This document shows positions 1 to 13,039 of a stretch of 64,000 bases of DNA, in pieces. Under the pieces are notes generated by a model. That model saw only the letters and a list, made by a program, of their open reading frames with translations, ran no database searches and was not told the origin of the DNA. Every line of letters starts with the position of its first letter. The first letter of the stretch is position 1. The translations under genes were made by a program, and so were the position numbers. The DNA is from Euglena gracilis (lineage: Eukaryota): positions 44,929,847 through 44,993,846 of the forward strand of contig CP154954.1 of the NCBI GenBank assembly GCA_039621445.1, read 5' to 3'.

Positions 1-3000
1 TTTCTCCATATTGGGTCATCATTCCATTTCTAGTATTTTGGGTCAATTTTGGAACACAAATATCTTTTTGATATCTTGCTTTTGTAGTCCTTTGGGCTTG
101 ACACAGACACCTACAACATCCTTCAAAAAATCATTTTTTTGCAAAAAAAAGGACATTCTGCATTTTTTCACAAAGTCCTGCAAAATGCAACAAAATACTG
201 CAAAATTGTGTTTTATTGTGATTGTTTATTGGAATACCTAATGACTAGGTAATGCAAAGGTATCGAGGAAGAGTGAAAAAATGGACGCCTTCTTGTAGCA
301 CGAATATTCACGAGCAATCACTAATAATCACAAAGTTTGTTGAAATGCCATTTTTTCAATCACATTTCGCCCCAAATATGTTTGCATTTCATGTCAAATT
401 GCGTGCATTTTGATCTCAAAAGGTTTGCACTTGGCACCAATGCCTGCATGTTGTCTCAAAAATGTGTGCACACTCTACCAAAATACCATAGGGAACCGCA
501 AGGGGGATCGGAGGGGGGGAGGCTGCCCCCCTGTGATTTTGGGGTGAAAAATTTTTCACCCCTGGACCCGCCCCCCCGAACCCTATTCTGAACTCAATTG
601 GGCTTCCAATATTCACAAAAAAATACACACTGACTAGGAAAATCTGCAATTCCAAAAAAAAATTCATCGGGAATAAAACACAATGGCTCTGATGATGAAA
701 ATAGACAAAGGTAGCACAGGAGAGAGGATGGCAGAGCAAAGGCCTCTCGCCATGCTTGTTTTCCTTAAATCAGAGGGACAATTTCAGTGATGAGATAAAT
801 TTTGATTCATAAATACTCATAGTTGTTTGTGGTTATTTGTGATTATATTTGCGATTATTCGTGATTATTCGTGATTTGGAGAACCCCAAAGTTTGTGCTG
901 GTTCGTGATTATTTGTGATTACTCTCACCCCCCCCCCTCAAACTGGCCGCCCCTTAGGCACCTTGGACCCCCAAACGGTCAACCTCGAGGGGGGGGGGGC
1001 AATGTGGGGAGTACCATTTAACCATTTTTGACTGAAATAACCAATTTGGGGGGGATTCTTTTTCCAGACCGGATGGCCAATTGGGGGGGGGTGGAAAACC
1101 GGCCAACTTTGGAATGGTGAATTTCTGAAAACCGAGCGCCAATCTGGCCTGGGTTATCTCCCAAAACCCAAACGGTCAATCTGGGAGGGGGGGGTGAGAG
1201 CATACGTGGCATGGATTTGGGGAATCCCTGCACAAAAAAAAACACTGCCACACATATCTTTCAAAAATCCCGAATGTTTGGTAAAAAAAATGGAAAATTT
1301 TGGCACAAAAAACCAACAGGAAAAACACAAATTGATTTCTATCCCACAAAACATGGCTTCTTGATATCTTTGCTACTTCTGCAACTTCTTTGCAATTATT
1401 AAGCTTTGTCAAGGAGAAGGTTTTCATTCACTCCCTGAAAATGGGGCTCCACATCAAGAGGACATAGCCCAAGAATGCCTCTGCTGATGTGAGCTGCTTG
1501 GGCATGACTTATGAATTGTGTTGCATCTGCCCATGGCGGCCCTGCAAGAACATCCATTGTGATGTTCCCTGAGCAGGATCCAATACAATAAGACAGCATT
1601 GCAAACAAAAATGGCAGACGACTCTAAAACCCTAGCCTTCGTCTGGGACACAGTTCAATTAATGAGGATGTGTTGGTTAACCCGAAAAAAGGTCGCCTTG
1701 TGGTATCTTGCAAGCACTTGTGTACAAACAATTGATAAAACATATTGACGGTCTTTGCCAATGAAAAAAAAAAGACGAAGAATAACAAAATTTTAGTGGT
1801 CGAATATTTGTCGACTCTTTGCTAGAATATTTTTGCAATATTCGAATGTTCGAATATTTTGAAGTAATCGAATATTCGTCGAATATTCGAATGTTCGAAG
1901 CAGCCTTATGCGGGCCAGGCGGGGAGTTGCGGGGAAATCAAAATGCCGTTGAACAGGGCATTTTGAGGGCTTCAGTACCACCCCCCCCCCCTTATTGTCC
2001 CACCGACCTCCCCCCGGGAGGCCCGACCGGACAATATGGGGGGGGTACCAAAGGAATTTCATTGGCCGAGCCAAAAAAACCCCCCGTCGGCCGGGGCCGA
2101 GGGACAATATGGGGGGGGGGGACAAGGACTTTTTCTGTTGATTTTGTTTTATTTCCAAAATAGTTTGGAAACGTCGATTTTTTGACCCGAAAACAGCCAA
2201 AAGTGGCCCCAGAAATGGTCCAAAATTGGCTGAAAAATGGCCGTAACTCAGGCCGCACGAAGAGTTTGGGGAAAAGTAAATCATGGCTGGATAGGGCATT
2301 CAAAGGCTTCATTTTTGGTTGTGCAGGGCTTCATTTTTTTTTGATGATGGTGATACAGGGGGGGGGGTTGTTGATAAAAAGTCAACTAGTCGGTCGACTA
2401 ACTTTTGAGTCGACCGACAAGTCGACCAATTTCACCCCCCCCCATTTGGCTAATGGCCAGGCTCCTTTGGACCCCAATTAGCACGGGGAGGGAAATGCAC
2501 TTGGCCCTTCAAATTATGCAAGTCAAAAAAAATGCAAAAAAAAGCAAAAAAAAATGCAACTTGCATAAAACCCCTGAGAAAAGGCTGGAATGCAGCAGAA
2601 TTTTGTTGCCTAAAATCTGTAAACATGTGACAATGCCGGTGTGCCTGTCAATGATTCACAAAGAAGACCTCCTGGAAGACGACGGCAAGCACTGACGCTT
2701 TGAAAATCAACACGAATGGCACCTGCACGTTCAGTCTAAGCAAATCGTCCCTCCAGGTCACCATTGAACATCAGTAAAGCGGACATTTAGGACATTTACG
2801 AAAATGGAGTGCATACCAGATGCTAGGAATGCAGCACAAAGGTCATTTTCTTGCATAAAAAAAATTTTTGCATAAATTTTTTCCAGGGCAAAAAAATTGC
2901 AAATTTCAGAAAAACCTGATTATGCAAAAAAAATGCAAATTATGCAAGTTGCATTCCCCCCCCCTGCAATCAGCCAATTATGGGGGGGGGGGGCAAATGG

Positions 3001-5726
3001 GGGGGGTACCAAGACCATTACTAGGCTGACTCCCCCTGATTGACTTATGGACCGTCCTTTGGGACACCCAACTAGCTAATTAGGGGGGGGCAATTAAGGG
3101 GGGTGAGGATAATGTAGTTTTGAAGGGTGTACCCCCCCCCCCGAGCTATTCCCGTCCCCGGGACCCTTTACGGCCCAATGGGAACAGTACGGGGGGGGAA
3201 CAGCTCGGGGGGGGGGACCTAGTCCCCCCCCCCCGAGCTATTCCCATACCCGACCCTCGGGCAACCCAAAAGGGGGTCATTTTGGCAACTTTTTCTGGCT
3301 GGTCGCAAAAAATGGTCAAATTTAGGCACTTTTGCCAGAAATAAATTTTTGAAAACGTCCCAAAAACGTCGATTTTTGAGTACTTTTTTGGGAAGTTCTT
3401 TGTAAAAAGTGCTATGACAGTGAGCTATTCCCGTCCTCCCAATGGGAATAGCTGGGGGGGGACAGCGCGGGGGGGGGATGGTATTTGCAACAGCAAAGGG
3501 TATTCTTGGGGCATGTTGAGAGCTGAAAAATATCAAACCCCTTGGGCTCCAAAGACGTTTCAGGAGGCCAAATCCTTTTGCTTCTCGACTGTAAACCCAC
3601 TGTCAATAACAAAACCCCTCATGCCACCGATACGTTTTGGGGGGCCAATGGCTTTTGTTTCTCAACTTCTTGACGGCCCCAAAATAACAAAACCCCTTGT
3701 CACGCCGATGCGTTTTGGGGGGGCACTCCTTTTTGTTTCTCAATTGTCCAAGGGCTTTTTGACGGCCCTAAAACAACAACTCCCCTTGTGCCACTGATAC
3801 GTTTTGGGGGGCCAATACCTTTTGTTTCTCAATTGTGCGAGGGCCCCAAAATAACAAAACCCCTTTTGCTACCGATGCGTTTTGGGGGGCCAATCCCAAA
3901 AACCCCTTGTGCCACCGTTTGGCCCCAACCCCCCATCAGGTCCGAATTATTCAGCCACGAAGAATTCCAAACTGGGTGGGAATTGCCCGCCCCCCCCCCC
4001 CTCTTCCGACTTTGCCATTTTGCCGGGGTCCAAAAATCAATTTTTCGAAAATATCTCGAGAAAACGTACATTCTTTTTTCCAGAAATGTCGGTCTGCCGA
4101 AATGCACAAGGCCCTCTATCACCCCCGTTCGCCGTTTTGGCTGCCGACACGCAACGTGCTTTTGCAGCCCAAAACGGCAATTTTGGGGAGTTTTTCAAAA
4201 TCGATTTACCCAAAATATCTCGACAATGAAGCAAAATCAAAGGAAAAGTCCGGTGAGCAAAAATGAAGTCCTTGGAATGCCCTATCCAACCATGGTTTAC
4301 TTTCCCCCCAACTCTTCGTGCAGCCCAAGTTACGGCCATTTTTCAGTGAGGACAACCGGAAAGGAGAAGTGTATGTTTACCAGTTTTTTCTTGCACGCCA
4401 GCATGAGGTTGGACGATTTTGGCGGGCTTGTTTCGGTTCGCAAAGAATGCCCTGTGATCATCTTCAAGGGCAGTGCCGAGGGACCCGTGGCACGTTCCGC
4501 TGCTGAATTGGCAGGTCCTTGTGCAGGTTTGTCACGCTGGAATTTTCAAAGAAACAAACGATCATTTCGCTCAGTGACGTTCACCACAGCCCTCCCCCAA
4601 TCGAAGGTACCCCCCCCCCCTAACTGACAGCACCCCCCCCCCTAATTGAACCCCCCCCTTTTTGACCAAAAGGGTGGTCCCGTGGAGAGGTCCCACGGTC
4701 AATTGGGGGGGGGGTATGATTGCCACATGTCTACAAACCGTTTTCAACACTTTTTGGCACTTTTATTTTGGGTCCCCCAGACGCCGGGTTCACGCCCCAG
4801 CCGGCTTTCTGAACGCTGGTTCGGGCGGGAAATTTCCTGCCCGAACTGGCGTTCTGAATGCTGGTTCGGGCGTGAAGCCAGAGCCCGAATACACAGTTTA
4901 ACATAAATTCTGGGATGGCAGAGCTTAAAATTGCTTGGGGGGGCAAATGTGGTCGACTGGACCAGTTGGCGGTGACCACCAATGGCGAGGTCACACTGGT
5001 CACACGTGACCCGTCAAAACTGCCCCGCGACTGCCAGCCTCTGTCTTGAACATTGGGATGTGGGGTATTGGTTCATCATGTGGTGAGACGTTGTCCTCCT
5101 ATTTTGTGGATTGAATACCACTACCCCCCCCCCCAAATAACCCCCCTTTCGTCCTTTGGCCAGGACCCCAAAGGGCCACTTAGGGGGGAGGGGTCACTCA
5201 GGGGGGGGGTCAGGAGACAAAATCTTGATGTCACCCCCACTATTTTTGGGTGGATTTTTGTGTGAAATTTGTGATCTACACCATTTTTTCTGTCAGGTCA
5301 AAAAAATTTGCAGAAAATTTTCAAAAAAATCAGGTGTTTTATGACCATTTTTACTTACAAAAAAAATTGTCCATGATCCAGCCGGACCTTCCAGCGAACC
5401 CCGCAGGGCCACTTAGGGGGGGGGGGTCGTTCAGGGGGGGGGGGGTAATGTAATCTCCCCCACCGGACGATTTGAATAATTGGCGGCCACACCGGCGGCT
5501 GAGGAATCACGGCTCAGCGATCTAAAAATTGGTGGTTGCATTTTCTGACCCTTTTGAAAATTCGAAATTCTACATTTCAGCTGCCATGTTGCCCATCGAT
5601 CGAGCTTCAGTGCGTTCAGCAGTGGCCATAATTTCACCCATGTTGCATGGTATTCTGTTTCAGAAATTGCCCAAAATTGGCCAGATGAAAATTATTGCAC
5701 AAAAAACCCCAATTCTACTACAAAAA

Positions 5727-6800
5727 AGGGGTGGCGGACGCCGGTTCTGTCCTGAACCCGGCGTCCGGGGACGCCGGGTTCAGGACAGAACCGGCGTCCG
5801 CCACCCCTTGTTTAAAGCGGCGTTTTAGAGACGCCGGGTTCAGGACAGAACCGGCGTTCACCCCCTTCGGGCCAGGGAGCACTTAGAAGTACGTTCACTA
5901 GCGTTCCCCTTTAGTCCCATGGGGGAACAGCCAAAACGTCCCAGAGCAAATTCTGAAAAAAAACTAGAGGATTCAAACATAAAATCTCTTAAACTCTAAA
6001 AAAGCCATGGGGGTTCCAGCCGTATTCCCCAACCGTATTTCTGACAGAAAAAAACCCAGCAGGTCCAGCCAAAATTTCCCAACCGTGATAATAAACCCAG
6101 CGAGGTCCAACCACAGTTTCCCCTCCGTATGTCTGAAACAACCCAGGGGCTCCAGCCAACATTTACCAGCCGCAATTCTGAAAAACGCACGGGGGGTTCC
6201 AGCCAGCATTTAACAACCGTATTTCTAAAAAACCCAGGGGGTCCAGCCAACATTTCCTAACCGTAATTCTAAGAAAAAACCCAGGGGTGGGCAGTCAACA
6301 TTAAACCGAATTTTTGAAATAACCCAGGGCGGGTCCAGACAAAATTTCCCTGCCGTATGTCTGAAAAAACCCAGGGGGGTCCACCCAAAAATCCCAACCA
6401 TACGTCTGAAAAAACCCAGTGGGGTCCAGCCAAAATTTCTGTAATGTGTCTCCTTGCCGGCAATATGTTTTGCCCTGTAATCAGTGCAGCTGTAGCAACC
6501 TGTATGCCTAGCAATCCTCCCCCCCCCCACCTCAGAAACTGCAAAACGCTTGCCGTCAGTCATCCATGATATTTTGCACTCAGCAATTGTGCCTTTTATC
6601 CCCTTTCATCCAAGGAGATTTTTGTTTCTGGGGTCACATTGGCACACTTTTTTACACAAAATACAGTCCCAAACCGGACGCCGGGTTTTGGACAGAACCG
6701 GCGTTCCTAACGCCGGGTTTTAGGACAGAACCGGCGTCCGGAAAACCCGTGGGGGGGGGACGCCGGTTCTGTCCTGAACCCGGCGTCTCAAACGCCGGTT
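5727..6800. repeat. Dispersed GGACAGAACCGGCGT inverted-repeat family (also near 8500, 9170, 12870, 18320, 40230)
   Basis: Recurrent ACGCCGG(G)TT / AACCGGCGT units in both orientations. Confidence 0.75.
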
Positions 6801-7888
6801 TAGGGGGGGGGCTAGGGGGGGTGGGGGGGGGGGCTGGGGGGGGGGGCGAGCGGCCCGCGGGGGCGCGCCAGGGGGGGGAGGGGGGGGGAGGGGGGTCCGA
6901 GGGCGGCCGCGCGGGCGGAACGCATTCTAAAATCGGTGATTTTCGGGTCCAAAAAGTGGTCATTTTTTGCCATTTTTGGCCAAAAAAAGTGCTTTTTTTG
7001 GCCGCGCGCAGAGCGCGCGGCCCCCAAATTTGCCATTTTGTGTCCGAAAATGGTCATTTTTGGTCATTTTTGGGCCTCAAAAAATCGCGATTTTTTCACC
7101 AAAATTGTTTTTCTTGGCTATGCTAGGCACAGGGGGGGAGGGGGGGGGTCCAGGGGGGGGCGAGCGGCCGCGCGGGCGGCCGCGCAGGGGCCGCGGGGGG
7201 GGGGGGGGGAGGGGGGGGGGCCGGACCCCCCCCGAGCGGCGCGCCTAGCCTCCAATGTCAAATACCTCCCAAAAACTGCTCGGATATGATTACAGCATGT
7301 CCATAAACCCTTTTGGACACTTTTTGGCACTTTTTATTTTGGGTCCCCCAGACGCCGGGTTCCCGCCCAAACCGGCATCTGGATCTGGGCATCATCATCA
7401 TCATCATCATCACCCGGAGCCCCCAGACACGGTTTCAAAAGTATTTTTTGTCAACCTTGGCGACAACCATTCAGGTGTTCAACATATGTTGGCACGAGTC
7501 AAGATGTTCAGAGAGTCAGGATGTGCTGGGGAGTCCTGGGTCCTGGGGAGGTCGTGGGAGCCCTGCGTGGGGTTCTGGGTCTTGGGAGGGTCCTGGGGGT
7601 CTTGGGGGTCCTGGGGGGTCCTTGGGGGGTGTTAGAATATTTCATATTTGTTTGAAGACCCCCAGATTATTTTGTATACCATGCCCTACTCTTCCCTCCT
7701 TAGGCGCCTTCTGAGCCCCATGGGAAGAATACGGGAGGGAATAGTACGGGGGGGGGACCCGGACCCCCCCCCGTACTGTTCCCATGGGACCTCAAAGGAA
7801 CACCCAGGGTCAACCCTTCGGTGGCAAGGCAAAAGAAGCGGACACAACTCTCTCTTGCGGCACCATCCTTGCGCTTGTTTGCTTGTTC

Positions 7889-8400
7889 TCAGGGACAAAA
7901 ATAGCATTTACCTTTAGATTTCACACACATGCACCTCAGGTGAAGGAAAATTGCACACAATTGGCATTGCACACGATGGCCAGGCTCCAAAGGGTCATCA
8001 CACTTCACACAAATGTCGGGCGCCTCGCCTTGGGAAGGATCATTTGGGGATTCTCCTCCAGCCGGTGTATCTTGGCCATCCATGTCCATTGCATCATCTT
8101 GGCGTTGCTCTTCTTCCCCGGCATTGAATAAGGCCAAATTTCAGAGTGTTGCCAATACCTCGTCTATTTTGGATGGTGCAGGTGGCAGGGGAACGTCATC
8201 AGGTGCAGGCTGGTTGGGGTTAGTGGTGACTGGGACAAGGACATGCTTCGTCATGCCTTTCTCCAATACGTTTACGGGCAGTTGTTCCCAAGCATCTAAC
8301 ACCCACGAGACAACGTCACATCGAGAAGGGGCGACCCACAGTTTGTTCAAAGCGATTTGGTTTCCTCGCCAAGAAACATAAAAGTTTCTCATAGCCAGAA
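7889..8400 (-). pseudogene. Pogo/Tigger-like (DDE_1) transposase C-terminal relic followed by a PHD-type zinc finger
   Basis: ORF 8141-8449 contains PSRCDVVSWVLDAWEQLPVNVLEKGM, resembling the pogo/CENP-B C-terminal W..AW motif. ORF 7889-8137 ends in CVKC..QCQLC...HLRC...CYFCP (C4HC3). The two parts are in different frames. Confidence 0.55.
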
Positions 8401-8889
8401 ATACCCTCGCGATCGCCGGAATTTGGTGAAATGCAAAGTGGCGTGACATTGTAGATCAGTGGTGGGAGATTGGTCCTGGGAGTGTCCTTTGACCGAAGGG
8501 TGGGGACGCCGGTTCTGTCCTGAACGCGGCGCCTCTAAAACGCCGCTTTAAACAAGGGGTGGCGGACGCCGGTTCTGTCCAAAGCCCGGCGTTCCGGACG
8601 CCGGTTCCGTCCGAAGGACGGAACTAGGATTGTTTTTTTCGGAAAAATATAAAAAATATTTTTCTTTCGGAAAAATTTCGGAAAAATATTTTTTGATGAT
8701 GAAAAGGGTACCTCACGGTTGAGCGCACTCGGGAACTGCCCCCAAGGCCCTGCCTGTGCCCTCTTTTTGCCCCATAGGGCGTGGCGAGGAGTTAGTTCCG
8801 CCAAACAATTGTTCATCATTGGGTGTCAGACGACAAAAGGCCAATAAATGGATGGGAGTTAGGAACATCAAAGGCAAACTCAAGCACTT

Positions 8890-9070
8890 AGTGCCATGTG
8901 ATTGTAGCGGATGTACACCTCACGGGCAAGTTTGTCGAACTCAATGCGAGTCCGGCCATCGGACTGAAAATCAGCGAAGCTGAACACACGTTTAATGGAA
9001 GCCTGTGCGGCCGTAATGGCTCCCAAAACGCGGCCAAGGGAAGAAATGGTGGGTGAAGCATCCGTCTCAA
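8890..9070 (-). pseudogene. hAT transposase C-terminal dimerisation-domain fragment
   Basis: LGRVLGAITAAQASIKRVFSFA...RTRIEFDKLAREVYIRYN resembles the hAT L.IPAS.A..ERVFS...R..L.....FIR.N motif. Confidence 0.6.
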
Positions 9071-10909
9071 CTGGCTCAACAATGAAATGAATGAATGAAG
9101 GTGGATACTTTGTAAAAAAAAAACACAAACTACGATTGAAACCGTGTATTGGGGCTCTGGCCTCACGCCCGAACCGGCGTCCAGAACGCCGGTTCGGGCG
9201 GGAAGCTAGAGCCCCTAATCCACGGTTTCAACAACTGTGTCCAGAACGCCGGTTCGGGCAGGAAGCTATGTTCCAGAACGCCGGTTCGGGCTGCCGCCCG
9301 AACCGGCGTTTTGGAACACGGCTTCACGCCCGAACCGGCGTTCTGGACACAGTTTTCGTATCAGAGTGTTGTCTGCAGGGTTTTTTCATGACCCGGGAGG
9401 AGGGGGGGGTCCGGACCCACCCACCCACCCCCCAGGGGGGGAGGGGCGGGGTGCTCGGGGGGACCCACGTTTGGGGGTCGATTTTGGGTCCAAAAAAAAC
9501 TGGTCCCTAGGCATGGTGTAGGAGGTTAACATGTGGAATTGTCCCAAAACTGCCCCCCCCCCAGGGGTGCCACAAGGGGGTGTCGGGGGGGGGGGGGGGG
9601 CGGGCGCCCCCCCGCGATTTTGGGTGAAATTTTTTTTCAAATCTGGTTGGAACTCTTTATGGCTCCCAGAATTGTTTTTAAATTGAAACCCCCAAAACTC
9701 TGTCAACTTTATTGCAAAGGTGTTTATTTCTGCCCATTTTCACACTTTTCTTTCAACGCAACCCGTTACCGTCTCGCTGCCCTTCAGGCAGCCACAATGG
9801 GTTTTTGTTCACAAACTACCCCGAAGAAGCAGTTTTTGCACTGAAACTTGTGTCCTAGGCACAGGTTTCACGCCGTATCAAACGAGACAATTTTTCTTGG
9901 CCAATGATAATTCCTCCCTCCATTTTCAGCGCAAAATCAGACCCTGCATTTTGCAGATGTGCATTAGGTCCTACGCTTTTCCCAATGTGGCCCACTTGTG
10001 CAGTTCAGGACTCTTCAAGGGGGGTCTGGGGACTGGTCAGACTCGTCAAAAAACGACCAAATGGCCAATTTTGGCCAAAAAAATGGGTAAAGTTGGCCTG
10101 ATTTTTTTAAAAAAGTTTCGACGCTTTGCACCGAAATTTTTTCCCCCTGTCCAGTTTAGTTCGCCTTATTCTTCAAGGGGGGGGGACCCAGCGTTAAAAA
10201 CCTTAAATCCGTGACCTCCCCCCTCCGGACTCAGGACAAAGCCGGTGACCCCCTACGATGGACTCAGGGTTACCCCCCCCCCATATTGTCCCAACCACCT
10301 TCCCACTGGGACCCCAAATGGACAATATGGGGGGGGGCAATATGGGGGTTCCAAAGGAAATTTCATTGGCCGAGCCAAAAAAACCCCGTCGGCCGGGCCG
10401 AGGGACAATATGGGGGGGGGGACAATATGGGGGGGGGGGGGGGGGTAAAAAGCCGGTGAGGGGGGGTCATGGTCATGGTTTTGGGCAAAAAAAATTCGGT
10501 TTTTTCGAGTTTTTTGGCCCAGAACTGACCCAAAACGCAAGGGTTTCGGGCCCAAAACGGGGGGCCGGGGGTCGAAAAACGCTCTTTTTCGGCTCGAAAA
10601 CACTTTTTCCGGGTCCGGGAGGCCAAAAAAACATGGTTTTGGGCAAAAAAAAATTCGAGGTTTTTTCAGTTTTTTTGGCCCAGAACTGACCCAAATGCAA
10701 GTATACCGGGATCATTTGTCATCTGTTGTGAGTCAATGTGCTTCATCAATGTTTAAGGAGTAAATTTTCATCGGTCAAATGGTCAAGTGGTATATGACCC
10801 AGCTATGAATGCTGCCTTTCCGGAGCATAGCACATGGTCGTATTTGTGTCATGGTTCGGCATGCCATGCCAAGGGGGTCGGCCGACCGGGGGGGGGGTAC
10901 CCATTATAT

Positions 10910-12230
10910 CCGTGGACTGAGGCCCAAGACACACACTGTGTCTCGTGGACTGAGTCCACGAGACACAGTGTGTGTCCCCGTGGACTGGGACACACACTGT
11001 GTCTCGTGGACTGGCAGTCCACGAGACACAGTGTGTGTCCCCGTGGACTGGGACACACACTGTGTCTCGTGGACTGAAAAATAAAAGGTGTTTGCCAGAA
11101 ATGCGAGGTGTTCTACATCTAATGCAATGCAGCAGGGCAGTGGAAAGATGGTCACCGGAGGGGGGTTGCTATATCCTGGGGCGGGGTAGTGGGGGTCGAC
11201 TGAGAGCGACCATGGTCGCTCTCGGTCGCTCTCGGTCGTGGGCCTGTGAATGTCAAAAAGTGTTTAACCGGGCAAATTGCCGCACCATACAAGCAAAAGG
11301 CATTACACACACAAGGGATTTTGTTATTTTAGGGCCCTGGAACAGTTGCCTACGCCGCTACATGGCAAAAAAGGTGAAAAAAAATCCCAGTAGGAATCAC
11401 CCATAGCGACCGAGAGCGACCATGGTCGACCCCGACTGCCCCCCCGCCAGGCCAGAACCGGGAGCCGTCACCGGACAACCGTGAGCTGTAACAGCTGAGA
11501 GACAGTTGGCGCGGCGTTGTTGCTCAGCTTGATTGATGAGGGTAGCCTCATCAAACAAATATCTGGGGTCAATGACCCAACCAGCCCATGCGGAAAAAAA
11601 GCCATCCAGGTCCTCATACTGAGCGTTCAGATGTTTACACACCTGCTGGAACTCCAACAGGCGTGTAACAGCTACACGCTCAGCCTTTGCGGTCCCTTTT
11701 GGCTTCTCTTCCAACACGTTGGCCAACAACGTACCATGTATTGGGTCAACAGCAGGGCCCTTCTGCAAATCGACCAAATACTTTTCCAGTGTAGCAACAA
11801 ATTCATCTGGTTTCGGGGGTCGGGGGAGCATGCGGTCCACACTGTTTGCGGTCTTCTTCATTTTCCGAAAGAAAAAACTGCAAGGACAGGAAGTGGAATG
11901 TGGTAAAACTTGTCCACGAGAAACCTTTATGCTCTAAGCCAAAAGTTGCCGAAAGGCCAAGTTATTGGGGGGCACTTGTTGGTCGGACCAGTGGGAATTC
12001 TTGATTTTTTCAGTCCACGGGGACACACACTGTGTCTCGTGGACTGGCAGTCCACGAGACACAGTGTGTGTCCCCGTGGACTGGGACACACACTGTGTCT
12101 CGTGGACTGGCAGTCCACGAGACACAGTGTGTGTCCTCGTGAACTGAAAATTTGACAAAAAATCGCAAAAAAATACGGGGTAGACATTGCGTGGCTAAGT
12201 TCCACGAGACACAGTGTGTGTCTTGGGCCT
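10910..12230. repeat. Arrays of direct and inverted GACACACACTGTGTCTCGTGGACTG units (subterminal repeats of a non-autonomous element)
   Basis: Near-identical ~25-bp units in both orientations at 10910-11076 and 12011-12225. Confidence 0.75.
11500..11910 (-). pseudogene. Transposase-like fragment (probable hAT, GWVIDPRY), paralogous to 19270-19640
   Basis: MKKTANSVDRMLPRPPKPDEF...DPIHGTL...RLLEFQQVC...AWAGWVIDPRYLFD aligns by eye with the + strand copy at 19.3 kb. The flanking DNA is also shared in inverted orientation (11320-11380 vs 18980-19030). Confidence 0.5.
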
Positions 12231-13039
12231 CTTAGTCAACGGATATAGACAAAAATCGTCCATTGTAACCCGGACACACCGTGTACCCGGGTTATGGGCG
12301 CCTTCGGCGCCCATAACCCGGACACACGGTGTGTCCGGGTGACATGGACGATTTTTGTGTATTGCCGTGCCGAGGGGGGGGGGGTACGCCGAACGTCCAT
12401 TATCTTGCCGCCCTTCGGGCGGCAGAATGGATGCAAGAAGTTGACTTTCCATGGAATGTTCGCCCCCCCCCCGAGAAAAAATGATCCGGCACCTATGCCC
12501 CCCCCCCAAACAACAAAACATTGTTCAATTGCCTACCAACATCACAACCATGCCACAAAACATCCCCAAGAGTTTGTCGAATGAGGGGCGTGCTTCACAG
12601 TATCAGGGTACAGGACAGACCAGAAACTACAATGCAACTCTCATCCCTGGAAAACAACAAATTTTATTCCGACTACTTTAGATTAGATAACCTGACTCTA
12701 GGTCTTGAAGCCTGGAATGTATCATGGCACGTGACAGGGGAACATAATCAGAACGAAGTGCATGAACAAAATCCAAAGTCCATGGTTGATCCAAAGAATT
12801 GTCAACAAGGCGGGAGAATTTTCAGCCGTTTTGCAATGAAAGGAAAACTCTACTACAAAAAAAAGGGGTGGCGGACGCCGGTTCTGTCCAAAACGCGGCG
12901 TCCGGAACGCCAGGTTTTGGACAGAACCGGCGTCCGCCACCCCTTTTTTGTAGTAAAACCGGCGTTTGAGACGCCTGCAAAATCACCAGGTTTGATGAAA
13001 TTTCATGACCCCCTCCCATGACCAAAAACCCCAACAATC

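Noticed and set aside
10910-11076. CRISPR-like regular repeats
   Set aside because: Units alternate in orientation with no unique spacers, no cas genes are present, and the context is eukaryotic; these are transposon subterminal repeats
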